DNA from: Flavobacteriales bacterium
Lineage (GTDB): Bacteria > Bacteroidota > Bacteroidia > Flavobacteriales_D > UBA2798
Reading direction: 5' to 3'
Length of the DNA: 43,894 nucleotides
Assembly: GCA_044360245.1 (NCBI GenBank)
Contig: JBIKKU010000002.1
Span: forward strand, 1-43,894
Below are positions 1-9,379 of this stretch, piece after piece. Position 1 is the stretch's first letter; the number at the start of each line of letters is the position of its first letter. The position numbers and the translations under genes were made by a program. Under the pieces are notes generated by a model, which did not search any database, was not told where the DNA came from, and was given only the letters and a program-made list of their open reading frames with translations.

Positions 1-1
1 T

Positions 2-3000
2 TCTGCAATAACTGCCACAACTTCTTCCGTTCAGGCTACTAGTGGTTTATGCGATGGTTCTGCAACAGTGAATCCATCCGGAGGAACAGGAACATTAAAT
101 GTGCAGTGGGATGCTGCCGCAGCAAATCAAACCACAGCAACGGCCACAGCATTATGTGCAGGTGCATACATTGCAACCATTACCGATGGAAATGGATGTT
201 CCGTTACACAAACTGTTCCGGTGAGTAATGTTACCGGTGAAGTGCTTACGCTTACCTCTACCGATGCAAGTTGTAATGGTGTTTGTGATGGAACAGTGAA
301 CGTCACATTTAACTGTGTGGACGCCCCATGTTCCTTGGTCTGGAACGATCCTTCGGCCTCAACAAGCAATACCGTAAACGGATTATGTGCAGGAACGTAT
401 GCGGCAACAGTGACGAACAATTCAGGTTGTATTACCGTTGCCACTGTAGATGTAAATGAACCATTGCCATTGCAGGCCAATTTATCTTCAACAGATGTGT
501 TGTGTTTTGGTGATTGCAATGGAACAGGTATTTCTGTGCCAAGCGGTGGAACAGCACCATACACCTATCAATGGAATGCTGCTGCCGGAAACCAAACTAC
601 GTCTACTGCATTTAATCTTTGTCCGGGAACCTATTCCTTAACCGTAACCGATGCCAATGGATGTACCGATGGTGGATCGGTGACTGTAGGTGAACCAAGC
701 TTGTTAACGGCCAATGCTGTTTCAGCAAATGCATCATGTAACAATGTTTGCGATGGAACAGGAACGATATTCCCTGCAGGAGGAACAGCGCCTTATTCCT
801 ACACTTGGGATGATCCATCCACTCAAACAACACAATCGGCAACGGGTCTTTGTGCAGGAAGCTACAATGTTACCTTGATTGATAATAACGGATGTACCGT
901 TGGACCATTATCCATTTCGGTTGCTGAACCTACTGCCATTGATGTAAGCACTACGTTTACAACCATTGATTGTAATGGGGATTGCGATGGAACCATTTCA
1001 TCTACCGTGACCGGCGGAACAGCTCCTTACTCTTATGCATGGAATGATCCACTTGCACAAACTACAGCAACAGCAACAAATCTTTGCGCAGGAACTTTCA
1101 CGCTGAATGTAACCGATGTCAATGGTTGTCCCGGAGGTCCTGTTTCTGTGAATCTTTCAGAACCTGCAGCCATCACCTCCACTTTTGCATTTACACAGCC
1201 TAATTGCAATGGCGATTGTAACGGAAGTATCGTGTCGAATGTAAGCGGTGGAACATTGCCATATACTTTTGTTTGGAACGATCCTGCACTGACATCCACA
1301 CCTTTTGTTTCTAATTTGTGCGCGGGGAATTATGACTTAACCGTAACCGATGCGAATGGATGTGTAACTTCTATTGCTGCTGTTTTAACCGAACCCGCAG
1401 CATTGGATGCAAACCTTACATCAACCAATATCAATTGTTTCGGAAATTGTAACGGAACCGCAACAGCTGCACCAAGCGGCGGAATTGCACCATACACTTA
1501 CTTGTGGACAAACGGTGCAACGAGCTCCAATATATTTTCACTTTGTCCGAATGTTTATGGGGTTACCGTAACCGATGCCAATGGATGTATCGTATCGGAT
1601 AGTAGAAACATCATTGAACCATCGGAATTGGTTTTGACAACAGCCTCTTCCAATTCTTCTTGTGGATCATGCAATGGTTCTATTTCTGTTTCACCATCGG
1701 GTGGAAATCCCGGATATAATTATTTGTGGAGTCCTTCTACAGGAAGTCAAACCACACAGGCAGCAACCGGATTGTGTTCGGGATTGCATTTTGTTACCGT
1801 TACCGATGCAACGGGTTGTAGCGCTTCTGCAACTGTTGGATTATCCGACAACGGAGCGGAAACCATCGCCATGACATCTACCGATGCTGCATGTTTTGGT
1901 TCATGCAACGGAACAGCAACAGCAAACACCGCTTGTGTAAATGTGCCATGTAGTTTCGTTTGGTACAATGGAGCAACAGGTGCGGCATTGCCCGGACAAA
2001 CCAATGCAACAGCTTCCGGATTGTGCGATGGGTTTTATCAAGTAGAAGTCATTAATGGTTTAGGATGTTCATCCTTCGACACGGTTACCATTGAAGAACC
2101 GGACCAGATGATTTCGAATGCAACCGCAACCAATGTTGATTGTTTTGGAAATTGCAACGGAACTTTATCCGCCAATGCCACAGGTGGTACCGGAGCGATC
2201 TCATACCAATGGGATGCTGCGGCAGGAAACGCAACAACAGCAAACGTTACCGGATTGTGCGCGGGAACATTTGTCGTCACCATGACCGATGCGCTAGGAT
2301 GTACTGAAGATGAAACACTCACCATTACCCAACCTACACAATTGCTTGCCACAGTAAGCGCAACAGATGTGCTTTGCAATGGTGATTGTACAGGAACAGG
2401 AACAGCAAATATTTCAGGCGGAACTTTCCCGTATACCATTTCTTGGAACGATCCTTCTTCGCAAAATACTTCAACAGCAATAAATCTTTGCGCAGGAAAT
2501 TTCGCAGTGAACATTACCGATGCGAATGGTTGTCCGGCCTCCGGAAACATCACGGTAAACGAACCAACATTGCTATCGGCAAATGTCACCACTACACCAA
2601 ATTTGTGTAATGGAGATTGCACAGGAACTGCCACTGCAACACCCGCAGGAGGTACTAGTCCGTATAACTTTGTATGGAATGATCCTGCGTTGCAAACAAC
2701 AGCAACAGCAAATGGATTGTGCACCGGAACCTATCAGGTTGTGGTAGTTGATGCATCGGGTTGTGCAACAAATCCTATCAATGCAACCATTACCGATCCC
2801 GCCAGTGTTACATTTACTGCCGTTGTAAATGATGTTTCATGTAATGCATCTTGCAATGGAAGTATAGTAATTACAGCTTCCGGTGGTGACGGAAATTATT
2901 TGTATTCCATCGATGGAGGAGCAAGTTTCCAGGCTTCAAATACCTTTAACGGATTGTGCAGTGGCGCGTATAGTGTGGTGGTGCAAGATGGAAATCTTTG

Positions 3001-4890
3001 CGCTTCCATTCCGCAAAATGTAAATGTAAATGAACCTACAGCCATTACTGCCAATACATCTTTCTTCCCCGCCGATTGTAATGTTTCCAATGGTGCAGCA
3101 ACTGCAGTTCCTTCGGGTGGAACACCGGGATATACTTATGTTTGGTATAATGCATCTTTGGTTGCATTGGGTCAAACCAATCAAACAGCAATCAACCTTG
3201 GCGCGGGAGTTTATGTGGTCGATATTACAGATGCAAATGGTTGTGTTGAACAAGTCAGTGTAACAGTAAGCAATACCAATGCACCTTCAACGACTGCTGT
3301 AGTTAGTGATGCGACTTGTTTTGGTCAATGCAATGGTGCAATTGATGTTACCACATCCGGCGGACTTGCTCCGTACACATGGTCGTGGGTTCCCGGAGGT
3401 GAAAGCACCGAAGATTTATCCAACCTCTGCGCAGGTGGATATATTGTGGAAACAACCGATGCCAATGGATGTATCAGTTTCGGAAATTACACGGTAAATG
3501 AACCAACAACTATTTCAGGGACATTTGTAACTGTTGATGCGGCATGCGGACAATGTAATGGAACAGCAACCTTTAATGCTTCCGGCGGAACAGGAGCACT
3601 TGCTTATGCATGGTCTAATGGTCAGGCTGTACAAGCATCCACGGGATTGTGCGCCGGTGCTTATATGGTACAGGTCACAGATGCCAATGGTTGTGCGCAA
3701 ACCTTCAATACTTCCATCAATAATATTGGCGGACCAACATCCGAAACAGTAATTAAAAATGATGTTTCTTGTTTTGGTGTGTGTGATGGAGACGCTAACA
3801 TAACTCCAATTGGCGGAACAGCTCCATACACGTATTATTGGGTGCACAATGGTGCTACCACAAACACCTTAAGCGGAATGTGTGCAGGAACCTATTTCAT
3901 GGAGGTTACCGATTCGCTAGGTTGTGTGCGTGTGTCGAATGTCACCATTAATGAGCCTGCTGAGATGACTGACAGCACTGTATTGTTTGCATCTACTTGC
4001 GGATTATGTGATGGAGGATTAAGTGTATTTGTATCAGGTGGAACAACACCTTACAGTTACCAATGGGATGCTGCAGCAGGAGCTGCAACAACAAGTATTG
4101 TCAATGCGCTTTGTGAAGGAATTTATGTGCTCGTTGTAACAGATGCCAATGGTTGTCGAGATACCATTGTAAATCCGGTGAATGGAGCAACTGCGCCTCA
4201 AACGGTGGTGACTCCGGTGAATGTTTCCTGCGAAGGTCAATGTGATGGATCGGCAACTGCTGCTATTGCATTAGGTACTGCGCCTTATACATCAACATGG
4301 CTGGATGATCTCGGAAATCCGATTGGACAAACCGGAACCACTGCAAACGCTTTATGTGAAGGTGATTATTTTGTTCAGGTGGTCGACGCCGTCGGTTGTA
4401 CTTCTTTCGAAGCCTTCACCATTACCGAGCCGGATAGTTTGATGTTCAGTTTGCCGTTCACTCAAGATCCTTCTTGTTTTAATACCTGCGATGGAATTGG
4501 AGTTGCCATTGTGATTTCAGGAACCTTGCCTTATACCTTCTCATGGAATGATCCTGCAACGCAAACAACAGCAAGCGCAACCGGATTGTGTTCCGGAACA
4601 TACACGGTAACCGTAACCGATGGAAATGGTTGTTCCAATGCACAACAAGTGGTAATTGATCAACCGGTTCCAATTACACTGTTGATGGATAGTACTGATG
4701 CTTCTTGTTCAACAGTTCCGGATGGTGCAATTGATGCAACGCCCGGCGGAGGTGCAGGAGGATTTTTGTTTAGCTGGTCCGGACCATCAGGATTTACGGC
4801 AACTACAGAAGACATCACAAATATTTTTACCGGATGGTATTTCCTCACGGTTACCGATGCGAATGGATGTTCATTAACCGATTCCATTTT
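2..4890 (+). repeat. Tandem array of diverged ~230-bp coding repeats (SprB-repeat units) inside the adhesin gene
   Basis: I counted 21 recurrences of the repeat-terminal D-x-x-G-C motif in the translation. Short stretches are identical at DNA level, for example a 25-nt core accgtaaccgatgccaatggatgta at 641-665 and 1565-1589. Confidence 0.8.
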
Positions 4891-5647
4891 TGTTGGTGCA
4901 GTATTGGTGGTAGATGCCAACGCTGGAAATGACACCGTCATTTGTGGAGGCGCTGCTTCGGGAATTGTACTTACCGGGTCAGGTGGCGTGACTTACGAGT
5001 GGTATGATATGGCAGGAACTTTATTGAGCAGTACTTCTCAAGTTACCGTTACGCCTGCAATTCCAACATCGTATGTTTTGGTAGCCAATAACAATGGTTG
5101 TATCGATCGCGACACCATTGATATTTCTATTAATCCAACGCCTATTGTAGATGCCGGTCCGGATGTGCAATTGATTTTAGGAAACAGCACAAGCATTGGA
5201 GGATCGCCTACTACAGCAGGAACGAATACCGTGGTTTGGACACCTTCTACATATTTGGATGACCCGAACATTTTCAATCCGGTTTCCACTCCGGATTCGA
5301 GCACAACGTATATCGTCACCGCTACCGACGCCAATGGATGTGTGGCAAGCGACACCATGCGCGTGTATGTATTCCCCGATATTTCCTTCCCGAATGGATT
5401 CTCTCCAAACGGTGATGGTTTAAACGATACCTGGATTATCGATTTGATTGATATGTTCCCGAATTGCACCGTGGAGATTTACAACCGCTGGGGACAATTG
5501 TTATTCCTTAGTAATGGATACTTGGTTCCTTGGGATGGAACTTACAACAATCAGCCTGTTCCGGTGGGAACTTATTATTACATCATCAACCTGAATCATC
5601 CGCTGTATCCGGATGCATTTACCGGACCATTAACCGTTTTGCGATAG
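2..5647 (+). CDS. Giant cell-surface adhesin, 5'-truncated by the window edge: SprB-type repeats plus a C-terminal T9SS type B sorting domain (gliding-motility-associated C-terminal domain)
   Basis: The frame is open from nt 2, so the GTG at 68 is only the ORF finder's start. There are about 21 tandem ~75-78 aa units of pattern C-x-G-x-C-[ND]-G ... GG-x-x-PY-x-[YF]-x-W ... LC-x-G-x-Y ... V-x-D-x-N-GC. The last ~85 aa (FPNGFSPNGDGLNDTW...YNRWGQLLF...VPVGTYYYII) match the type B CTD. Stop is TAG at 5645-5647. Confidence 0.9.
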   Translation, partial: SAITATTSSVQATSGLCDGSATVNPSGGTGTLNVQWDAAAANQTTATATALCAGAYIATITDGNGCSVTQTVPVSNVTGEVLTLTSTDASCNGVCDGTVNVTFNCVDAPCSLVWNDPSASTSNTVNGLCAGTYAATVTNNSGCITVATVDVNEPLPLQANLSSTDVLCFGDCNGTGISVPSGGTAPYTYQWNAAAGNQTTSTAFNLCPGTYSLTVTDANGCTDGGSVTVGEPSLLTANAVSANASCNNVCDGTGTIFPAGGTAPYSYTWDDPSTQTTQSATGLCAGSYNVTLIDNNGCTVGPLSISVAEPTAIDVSTTFTTIDCNGDCDGTISSTVTGGTAPYSYAWNDPLAQTTATATNLCAGTFTLNVTDVNGCPGGPVSVNLSEPAAITSTFAFTQPNCNGDCNGSIVSNVSGGTLPYTFVWNDPALTSTPFVSNLCAGNYDLTVTDANGCVTSIAAVLTEPAALDANLTSTNINCFGNCNGTATAAPSGGIAPYTYLWTNGATSSNIFSLCPNVYGVTVTDANGCIVSDSRNIIEPSELVLTTASSNSSCGSCNGSISVSPSGGNPGYNYLWSPSTGSQTTQAATGLCSGLHFVTVTDATGCSASATVGLSDNGAETIAMTSTDAACFGSCNGTATANTACVNVPCSFVWYNGATGAALPGQTNATASGLCDGFYQVEVINGLGCSSFDTVTIEEPDQMISNATATNVDCFGNCNGTLSANATGGTGAISYQWDAAAGNATTANVTGLCAGTFVVTMTDALGCTEDETLTITQPTQLLATVSATDVLCNGDCTGTGTANISGGTFPYTISWNDPSSQNTSTAINLCAGNFAVNITDANGCPASGNITVNEPTLLSANVTTTPNLCNGDCTGTATATPAGGTSPYNFVWNDPALQTTATANGLCTGTYQVVVVDASGCATNPINATITDPASVTFTAVVNDVSCNASCNGSIVITASGGDGNYLYSIDGGASFQASNTFNGLCSGAYSVVVQDGNLCASIPQNVNVNEPTAITANTSFFPADCNVSNGAATAVPSGGTPGYTYVWYNASLVALGQTNQTAINLGAGVYVVDITDANGCVEQVSVTVSNTNAPSTTAVVSDATCFGQCNGAIDVTTSGGLAPYTWSWVPGGESTEDLSNLCAGGYIVETTDANGCISFGNYTVNEPTTISGTFVTVDAACGQCNGTATFNASGGTGALAYAWSNGQAVQASTGLCAGAYMVQVTDANGCAQTFNTSINNIGGPTSETVIKNDVSCFGVCDGDANITPIGGTAPYTYYWVHNGATTNTLSGMCAGTYFMEVTDSLGCVRVSNVTINEPAEMTDSTVLFASTCGLCDGGLSVFVSGGTTPYSYQWDAAAGAATTSIVNALCEGIYVLVVTDANGCRDTIVNPVNGATAPQTVVTPVNVSCEGQCDGSATAAIALGTAPYTSTWLDDLGNPIGQTGTTANALCEGDYFVQVVDAVGCTSFEAFTITEPDSLMFSLPFTQDPSCFNTCDGIGVAIVISGTLPYTFSWNDPATQTTASATGLCSGTYTVTVTDGNGCSNAQQVVIDQPVPITLLMDSTDASCSTVPDGAIDATPGGGAGGFLFSWSGPSGFTATTEDITNIFTGWYFLTVTDANGCSLTDSIFVGAVLVVDANAGNDTVICGGAASGIVLTGSGGVTYEWYDMAGTLLSSTSQVTVTPAIPTSYVLVANNNGCIDRDTIDISINPTPIVDAGPDVQLILGNSTSIGGSPTTAGTNTVVWTPSTYLDDPNIFNPVSTPDSSTTYIVTATDANGCVASDTMRVYVFPDISFPNGFSPNGDGLNDTWIIDLIDMFPNCTVEIYNRWGQLLFLSNGYLVPWDGTYNNQPVPVGTYYYIINLNHPLYPDAFTGPLTVLR

Positions 5648-5650
5648 ACC

Positions 5651-6565
5651 ATGAAAAAACTATTTATACTTCTGCTGCTGTCGCTGCCTCTCCTTTCAGA
5701 AGCACAACATCATCCGATGTTCAGTCAGTTTTTCTTCAACGACTTTTTCGTGAATCCCGCTGTTGCCGGCTCACGCGATTGGTATGATGTAAGAAGCAAT
5801 CACCGATACCAATGGGTAGGATTAACCGATGCTCCGCGGACGTTTACCCTTAGTGCATGCGGTCCGAATAAAAAAATGAACATGGGATTTGGTGGTTCAA
5901 TTTTTACCGATAATGTTGGACCAACGCGTAGAACCGGATTTCAATTCGCATACGCATACCATTTAAAAATCAATGAAGATGTTAAACTGTCGATGGGAGT
6001 TTCTGCGGGTATGCTGCAGTTTCTGATTGATGGACATAAAATTGTGACGCACGATCCCGGAGATAATGTCATCAGTAACGGATTGCAATGGTCTATGGAA
6101 TTTGATGCGCAGTTTGGTTTATACATGTACCATAAAAAATGGTACGCAGGATTGGTTATTCCGCAGCTTGTTCACAACAAATTGTATTTCTTCACTACAC
6201 AAGTAGAAACCGGATCAAGCTTATTGTACCACTATAATTTGCATGGTGGATATAAGTTTGACATCAACGATGATTTCCAAATTGAGCCTGCATTGATGTT
6301 CAAATACGTGAAGCCAATTCCACTTCAAATGGATGCTATGGTGCGTGCGATTTACCAAGAACAAGTTTGGCTGGGAGCTTCATACCGTACCATGGATGCC
6401 TTCTCTATTATGGCAGGGTATCAATACAAAAATTATTTAAGCATTGGTTACTCCTACGATATCACCACATCCAACATCAAAAATTATTCTACCGGCACAC
6501 ATGAATTAATGCTAGGCGTAAGGTTTGTGCGTCGCGATATGAAAAAAGGCGACAAACAACTTTGA
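5651..6565 (+). CDS. PorP/SprF-family type IX secretion outer-membrane protein
   Basis: Signal peptide (MKKLFILLLLSLPLLSEAQ) followed by the family-typical FSQFFFN..F.NPAVAGS start. The beta-barrel-like sequence ends in an aromatic-rich segment. The ATG lies 3 nt after the adhesin stop. Confidence 0.85.
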   Translation: MKKLFILLLLSLPLLSEAQHHPMFSQFFFNDFFVNPAVAGSRDWYDVRSNHRYQWVGLTDAPRTFTLSACGPNKKMNMGFGGSIFTDNVGPTRRTGFQFAYAYHLKINEDVKLSMGVSAGMLQFLIDGHKIVTHDPGDNVISNGLQWSMEFDAQFGLYMYHKKWYAGLVIPQLVHNKLYFFTTQVETGSSLLYHYNLHGGYKFDINDDFQIEPALMFKYVKPIPLQMDAMVRAIYQEQVWLGASYRTMDAFSIMAGYQYKNYLSIGYSYDITTSNIKNYSTGTHELMLGVRFVRRDMKKGDKQL

Positions 6566-7816
6566 TCAATCTTTGATCAGTTTTGTTCGGTAGGTTTTTC
6601 CATTTTGTTCAATGCTTAGGAAATAAATTCCTTTGGGCAGTGCATGAAGCTCAATGCCGGAAACCGCGTTGCCACTGAGCAGCAAGCTTCCTTTTGTGTC
6701 TTGAATGGTGTAATGGAATAAACCTTCCAGACCAATTTGCACTTCGTTATGACTAGGATTTGGATATACCCGAATTTCGTGTTCAGCTTGACGTTCTATT
6801 CCAATTGCTCCAACCGAAATGGTTTGTGTAAGCGTATCGGTAAAACATGAATTGGAAGAAATCAGGGTTACGGAATAATTTCCTTGAGCACCAAAGTCGT
6901 GATTGACAAATGCTCCGGAGTAGTTCTGACCATCAATAATCCATGTTGCATTTTGTGCATTTCCCGATTCATCCATGAATGAAACCGCGGTTGCTGAGGT
7001 TTGCTGAAATGAAAAATCGGCGTGTGGGTAATCGATACCAACATTCCAGGTATCCAAACTATCGAACACAACTTGCTCTGCAATACCTTGTAAAAATGCT
7101 GCAGTTGAACTATTGAGCGATGAAATGTAAGTCAATCCAACAGGTGTTTTTTGGTACAAAGTGGCATAAAACACACAAGCGGTAAGATAGGTTCCTTCCA
7201 TCGAAGGATGCGAATTGTCTGCGCTCCAAAGGTTAATAAGCGAATCGGTAAGTCTGCTTTTTTTCCAGGCTTCTCCGGCGGGTGCAACAGTTGCATGATT
7301 TAAATCCGCCATCTCTACATAGGATTGTCGCAAACGCGCCTGCATTCCCCAGAAGGTGCATATCTGCGGATAAGAAGCACAATTGGACGCGTCGCCATTT
7401 TTTCTACCCCATGTCATGTAAAACACCGTTTGTGCGCAACTGTCTGCAACGTGAATTAGACTATCCAATTCGGCTGCATAGGGATAGGTGTCTTGTTGAA
7501 CTTGTGCCGGAGGAAAAGATGGCATTTGACTTTGTTCCTGCAGCACTACAAAATCCCAATTGCCTTGTGCGATTTTTGATAACGAAGCGGCATTGGTGCT
7601 ATGTCCCTGCAGCGTGTAACCACCGGGGGCATTGGAATCCACAATAACGGTATCGCCTGCCGATAAAGCGAGCTGACGAAAAGTATTGGGTAAATCATTT
7701 ACCGAAGTATAGGAATTACCTATGAAAAGCACGCGTTTGGTTTGTGCCTGAACAGTGGCAACAGTAAGAAATAAAAATGCCGGCAAGAGGAATTTCATAA
7801 AAGATGTTTTCATCAA
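6566..7816 (-). CDS. Secreted SGNH/GDSL-like (DUF4886-like) hydrolase-fold protein with a PKD-like domain and a T9SS type A C-terminal sorting domain
   Basis: Signal peptide. N-terminal VLFIGNSYT motif. The middle segment ADFSF...GNYSVTLISSN..C.DT.TQTISV is PKD-like. The C-terminus VYPNPSHNEVQI...GIYFLSIEQNGKTYRTKLIKD is Por-secretion-tail-like. Confidence 0.8.
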   Translation of the reverse strand: MMKTSFMKFLLPAFLFLTVATVQAQTKRVLFIGNSYTSVNDLPNTFRQLALSAGDTVIVDSNAPGGYTLQGHSTNAASLSKIAQGNWDFVVLQEQSQMPSFPPAQVQQDTYPYAAELDSLIHVADSCAQTVFYMTWGRKNGDASNCASYPQICTFWGMQARLRQSYVEMADLNHATVAPAGEAWKKSRLTDSLINLWSADNSHPSMEGTYLTACVFYATLYQKTPVGLTYISSLNSSTAAFLQGIAEQVVFDSLDTWNVGIDYPHADFSFQQTSATAVSFMDESGNAQNATWIIDGQNYSGAFVNHDFGAQGNYSVTLISSNSCFTDTLTQTISVGAIGIERQAEHEIRVYPNPSHNEVQIGLEGLFHYTIQDTKGSLLLSGNAVSGIELHALPKGIYFLSIEQNGKTYRTKLIKD

Positions 7817-7873
7817 AACGCCGGAATTTGGGATGGTTGCTTCAAGAAATACAACAACTATTGGATTCCAGAA

Positions 7874-9070
7874 TCAATAAAGAAAATTATTGTAAGGGTA
7901 ACGCACTGCAAAAATTTCCTTTACCATTTCGTAGAGCACGTCTCTCATTTCTTCAATGTTGATGCGCTTTTCGGCAGAGATAAAAACAACTTTGTTGGGC
8001 GACATGCGCGACATCCAACTGTTTTTCAATTCTTCCAACGATACATTTTCACGTGTTATCGGAGAAAGATCATCAGCTTCTTTTTCTACGTGATGGTAGG
8101 CATCAATTTTATTAAACACAACAACGGTTGGCTTGTCGAGCGCTTTGATGTCTTTGAGCGTTTCATTTACCACTTTAAAATGATCTTCAAATGCTATATG
8201 CGAAATATCCAGCACGTGCACCAAAATATCTGCTTCGCGTACTTCATCCAAAGTGCTTTTGAAAGATTCAATGAGTTGCGTGGGAAGTTTACGAATGAAT
8301 CCAACAGTATCCGAAAGCAAAAAGGGAAGATTGCCTAATACCACTTTTCTTACAGTAGTATCGAGGGTTGCAAAAAGTTTGTTTTCGGCGAACACATCCG
8401 ATTTCGACAAGAGATTCATGATCGTACTCTTACCAACATTGGTGTAACCTACAAGTGCAACACGAACCAATTGCCCGCGGTTGCTGCGTTGGGTCACCAT
8501 CTGCTGATCGATTTCCTTGAGCTTGTCCTTGAGTTTGGAAATCTTATCGAGGATAATACGACGGTCAGTTTCAATTTGCGATTCACCCGGACCACGCATT
8601 CCGATACCACCTTTTTGTCGTTCAAGATGCGTCCACATCCTCGTCAACCTTGGAAGCAAATATTGATATTGTGCAAGCTCCACTTGGGTTTTGGCATGAG
8701 CAGTACGCGCACGGGATGCAAAAATATCGAGGATAAGATTGGTGCGATCGAGCACCATTATTTTTAATTCGTTCTGAATGTTTTTTTGTTGCGATGGAGA
8801 AAGTTCATCATCAAAAATCACCAATTCAATTTCGTGTTCCTGAATGAAACCGGCAATTTCCTTGAGTTTCCCCGAGCCAATATAGGTTCCCGAAATAGGT
8901 ACGTCGAGTTTTTGGGTAAACCTTTTTTTGATGGTAGCACCTGCTGTTTCGGCCAGAAATTCAAGCTCATCAAGGTATTCGTTTACCTGCACTTCATCCT
9001 GCCTGGAGGTAATTACACCTACAATAACAGCATCAACCTCTTTGTGTTTAACGATTTTGGCTTCGATCAT
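7874..9070 (-). CDS. hflX: GTPase HflX
   Basis: HflX N-terminal domain followed by G motifs GYTNVGKS, DTVGF and NKID over the full length of 398 aa. Confidence 0.95.
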   Translation of the reverse strand: MIEAKIVKHKEVDAVIVGVITSRQDEVQVNEYLDELEFLAETAGATIKKRFTQKLDVPISGTYIGSGKLKEIAGFIQEHEIELVIFDDELSPSQQKNIQNELKIMVLDRTNLILDIFASRARTAHAKTQVELAQYQYLLPRLTRMWTHLERQKGGIGMRGPGESQIETDRRIILDKISKLKDKLKEIDQQMVTQRSNRGQLVRVALVGYTNVGKSTIMNLLSKSDVFAENKLFATLDTTVRKVVLGNLPFLLSDTVGFIRKLPTQLIESFKSTLDEVREADILVHVLDISHIAFEDHFKVVNETLKDIKALDKPTVVVFNKIDAYHHVEKEADDLSPITRENVSLEELKNSWMSRMSPNKVVFISAEKRINIEEMRDVLYEMVKEIFAVRYPYNNFLY

Positions 9071-9375
9071 TTACGCAAAGATTCAATAAAAACCGCAACC
9101 GCGTGCACTTGTTCACGACTAAGTTGCGATTCGAACGGAGTCATGGCTCCCTTTCCTTTGGCAATGATTTGTTTACGTTCTTCCAATCCGATGGTCGATT
9201 TGGAAAGATCCAGCGCGCCGCCGGCACCGAGTTTTCCATCGGCACCGTGACAAATCGCGCAATTTTGCTGGTAAATAACTTCGCCGTTGGGAGTACCGTC
9301 GGCATTGGTGTTCTTCTTGGTTTCCCCGCAGGAGATCAAAAAGAGCACGCTGAAAACAAATAGTACAGACTTCAT
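9067..9375 (-). CDS. Monoheme class I cytochrome c, lipoprotein
   Basis: CAICHG (CxxCH) with a distal GAMTPF methionine. I chose the start at MKSVLFVFSVLFLISCGE (lipobox ISC) rather than the longer ORF. Its stop overlaps the hflX ATG. Confidence 0.85.
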   Translation of the reverse strand: MKSVLFVFSVLFLISCGETKKNTNADGTPNGEVIYQQNCAICHGADGKLGAGGALDLSKSTIGLEERKQIIAKGKGAMTPFESQLSREQVHAVAVFIESLRK

Positions 9376-9379
9376 AATC

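Noticed and set aside
2-4890. The periodic ~230-bp repeats as a CRISPR-like or satellite array.
   Set aside because: The repeats are in frame, protein-coding, diverged and contiguous with no spacers. They are SprB-type domain repeats.
127-5469. Many antisense or off-frame ORFs of 60-230 aa inside the adhesin gene (for example 127-564, 1033-1299, 2038-2724, 4660-4941 and 5038-5469 on the minus strand).
   Set aside because: They lie wholly inside a 5.6-kb ORF with unmistakable repeat and CTD structure. Their translations are low-complexity mirror images of the repeats (V/A/T/P-rich) with no motifs. They are typical shadow ORFs of a repetitive gene with biased codon usage.
6560-6579. A 9-bp direct repeat ctttgatca ... 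ctttgatca spanning the two abutting convergent stop codons.
   Set aside because: It is too short to distinguish from chance. No inverted-repeat or target-site-duplication context suggests a mobile-element scar.
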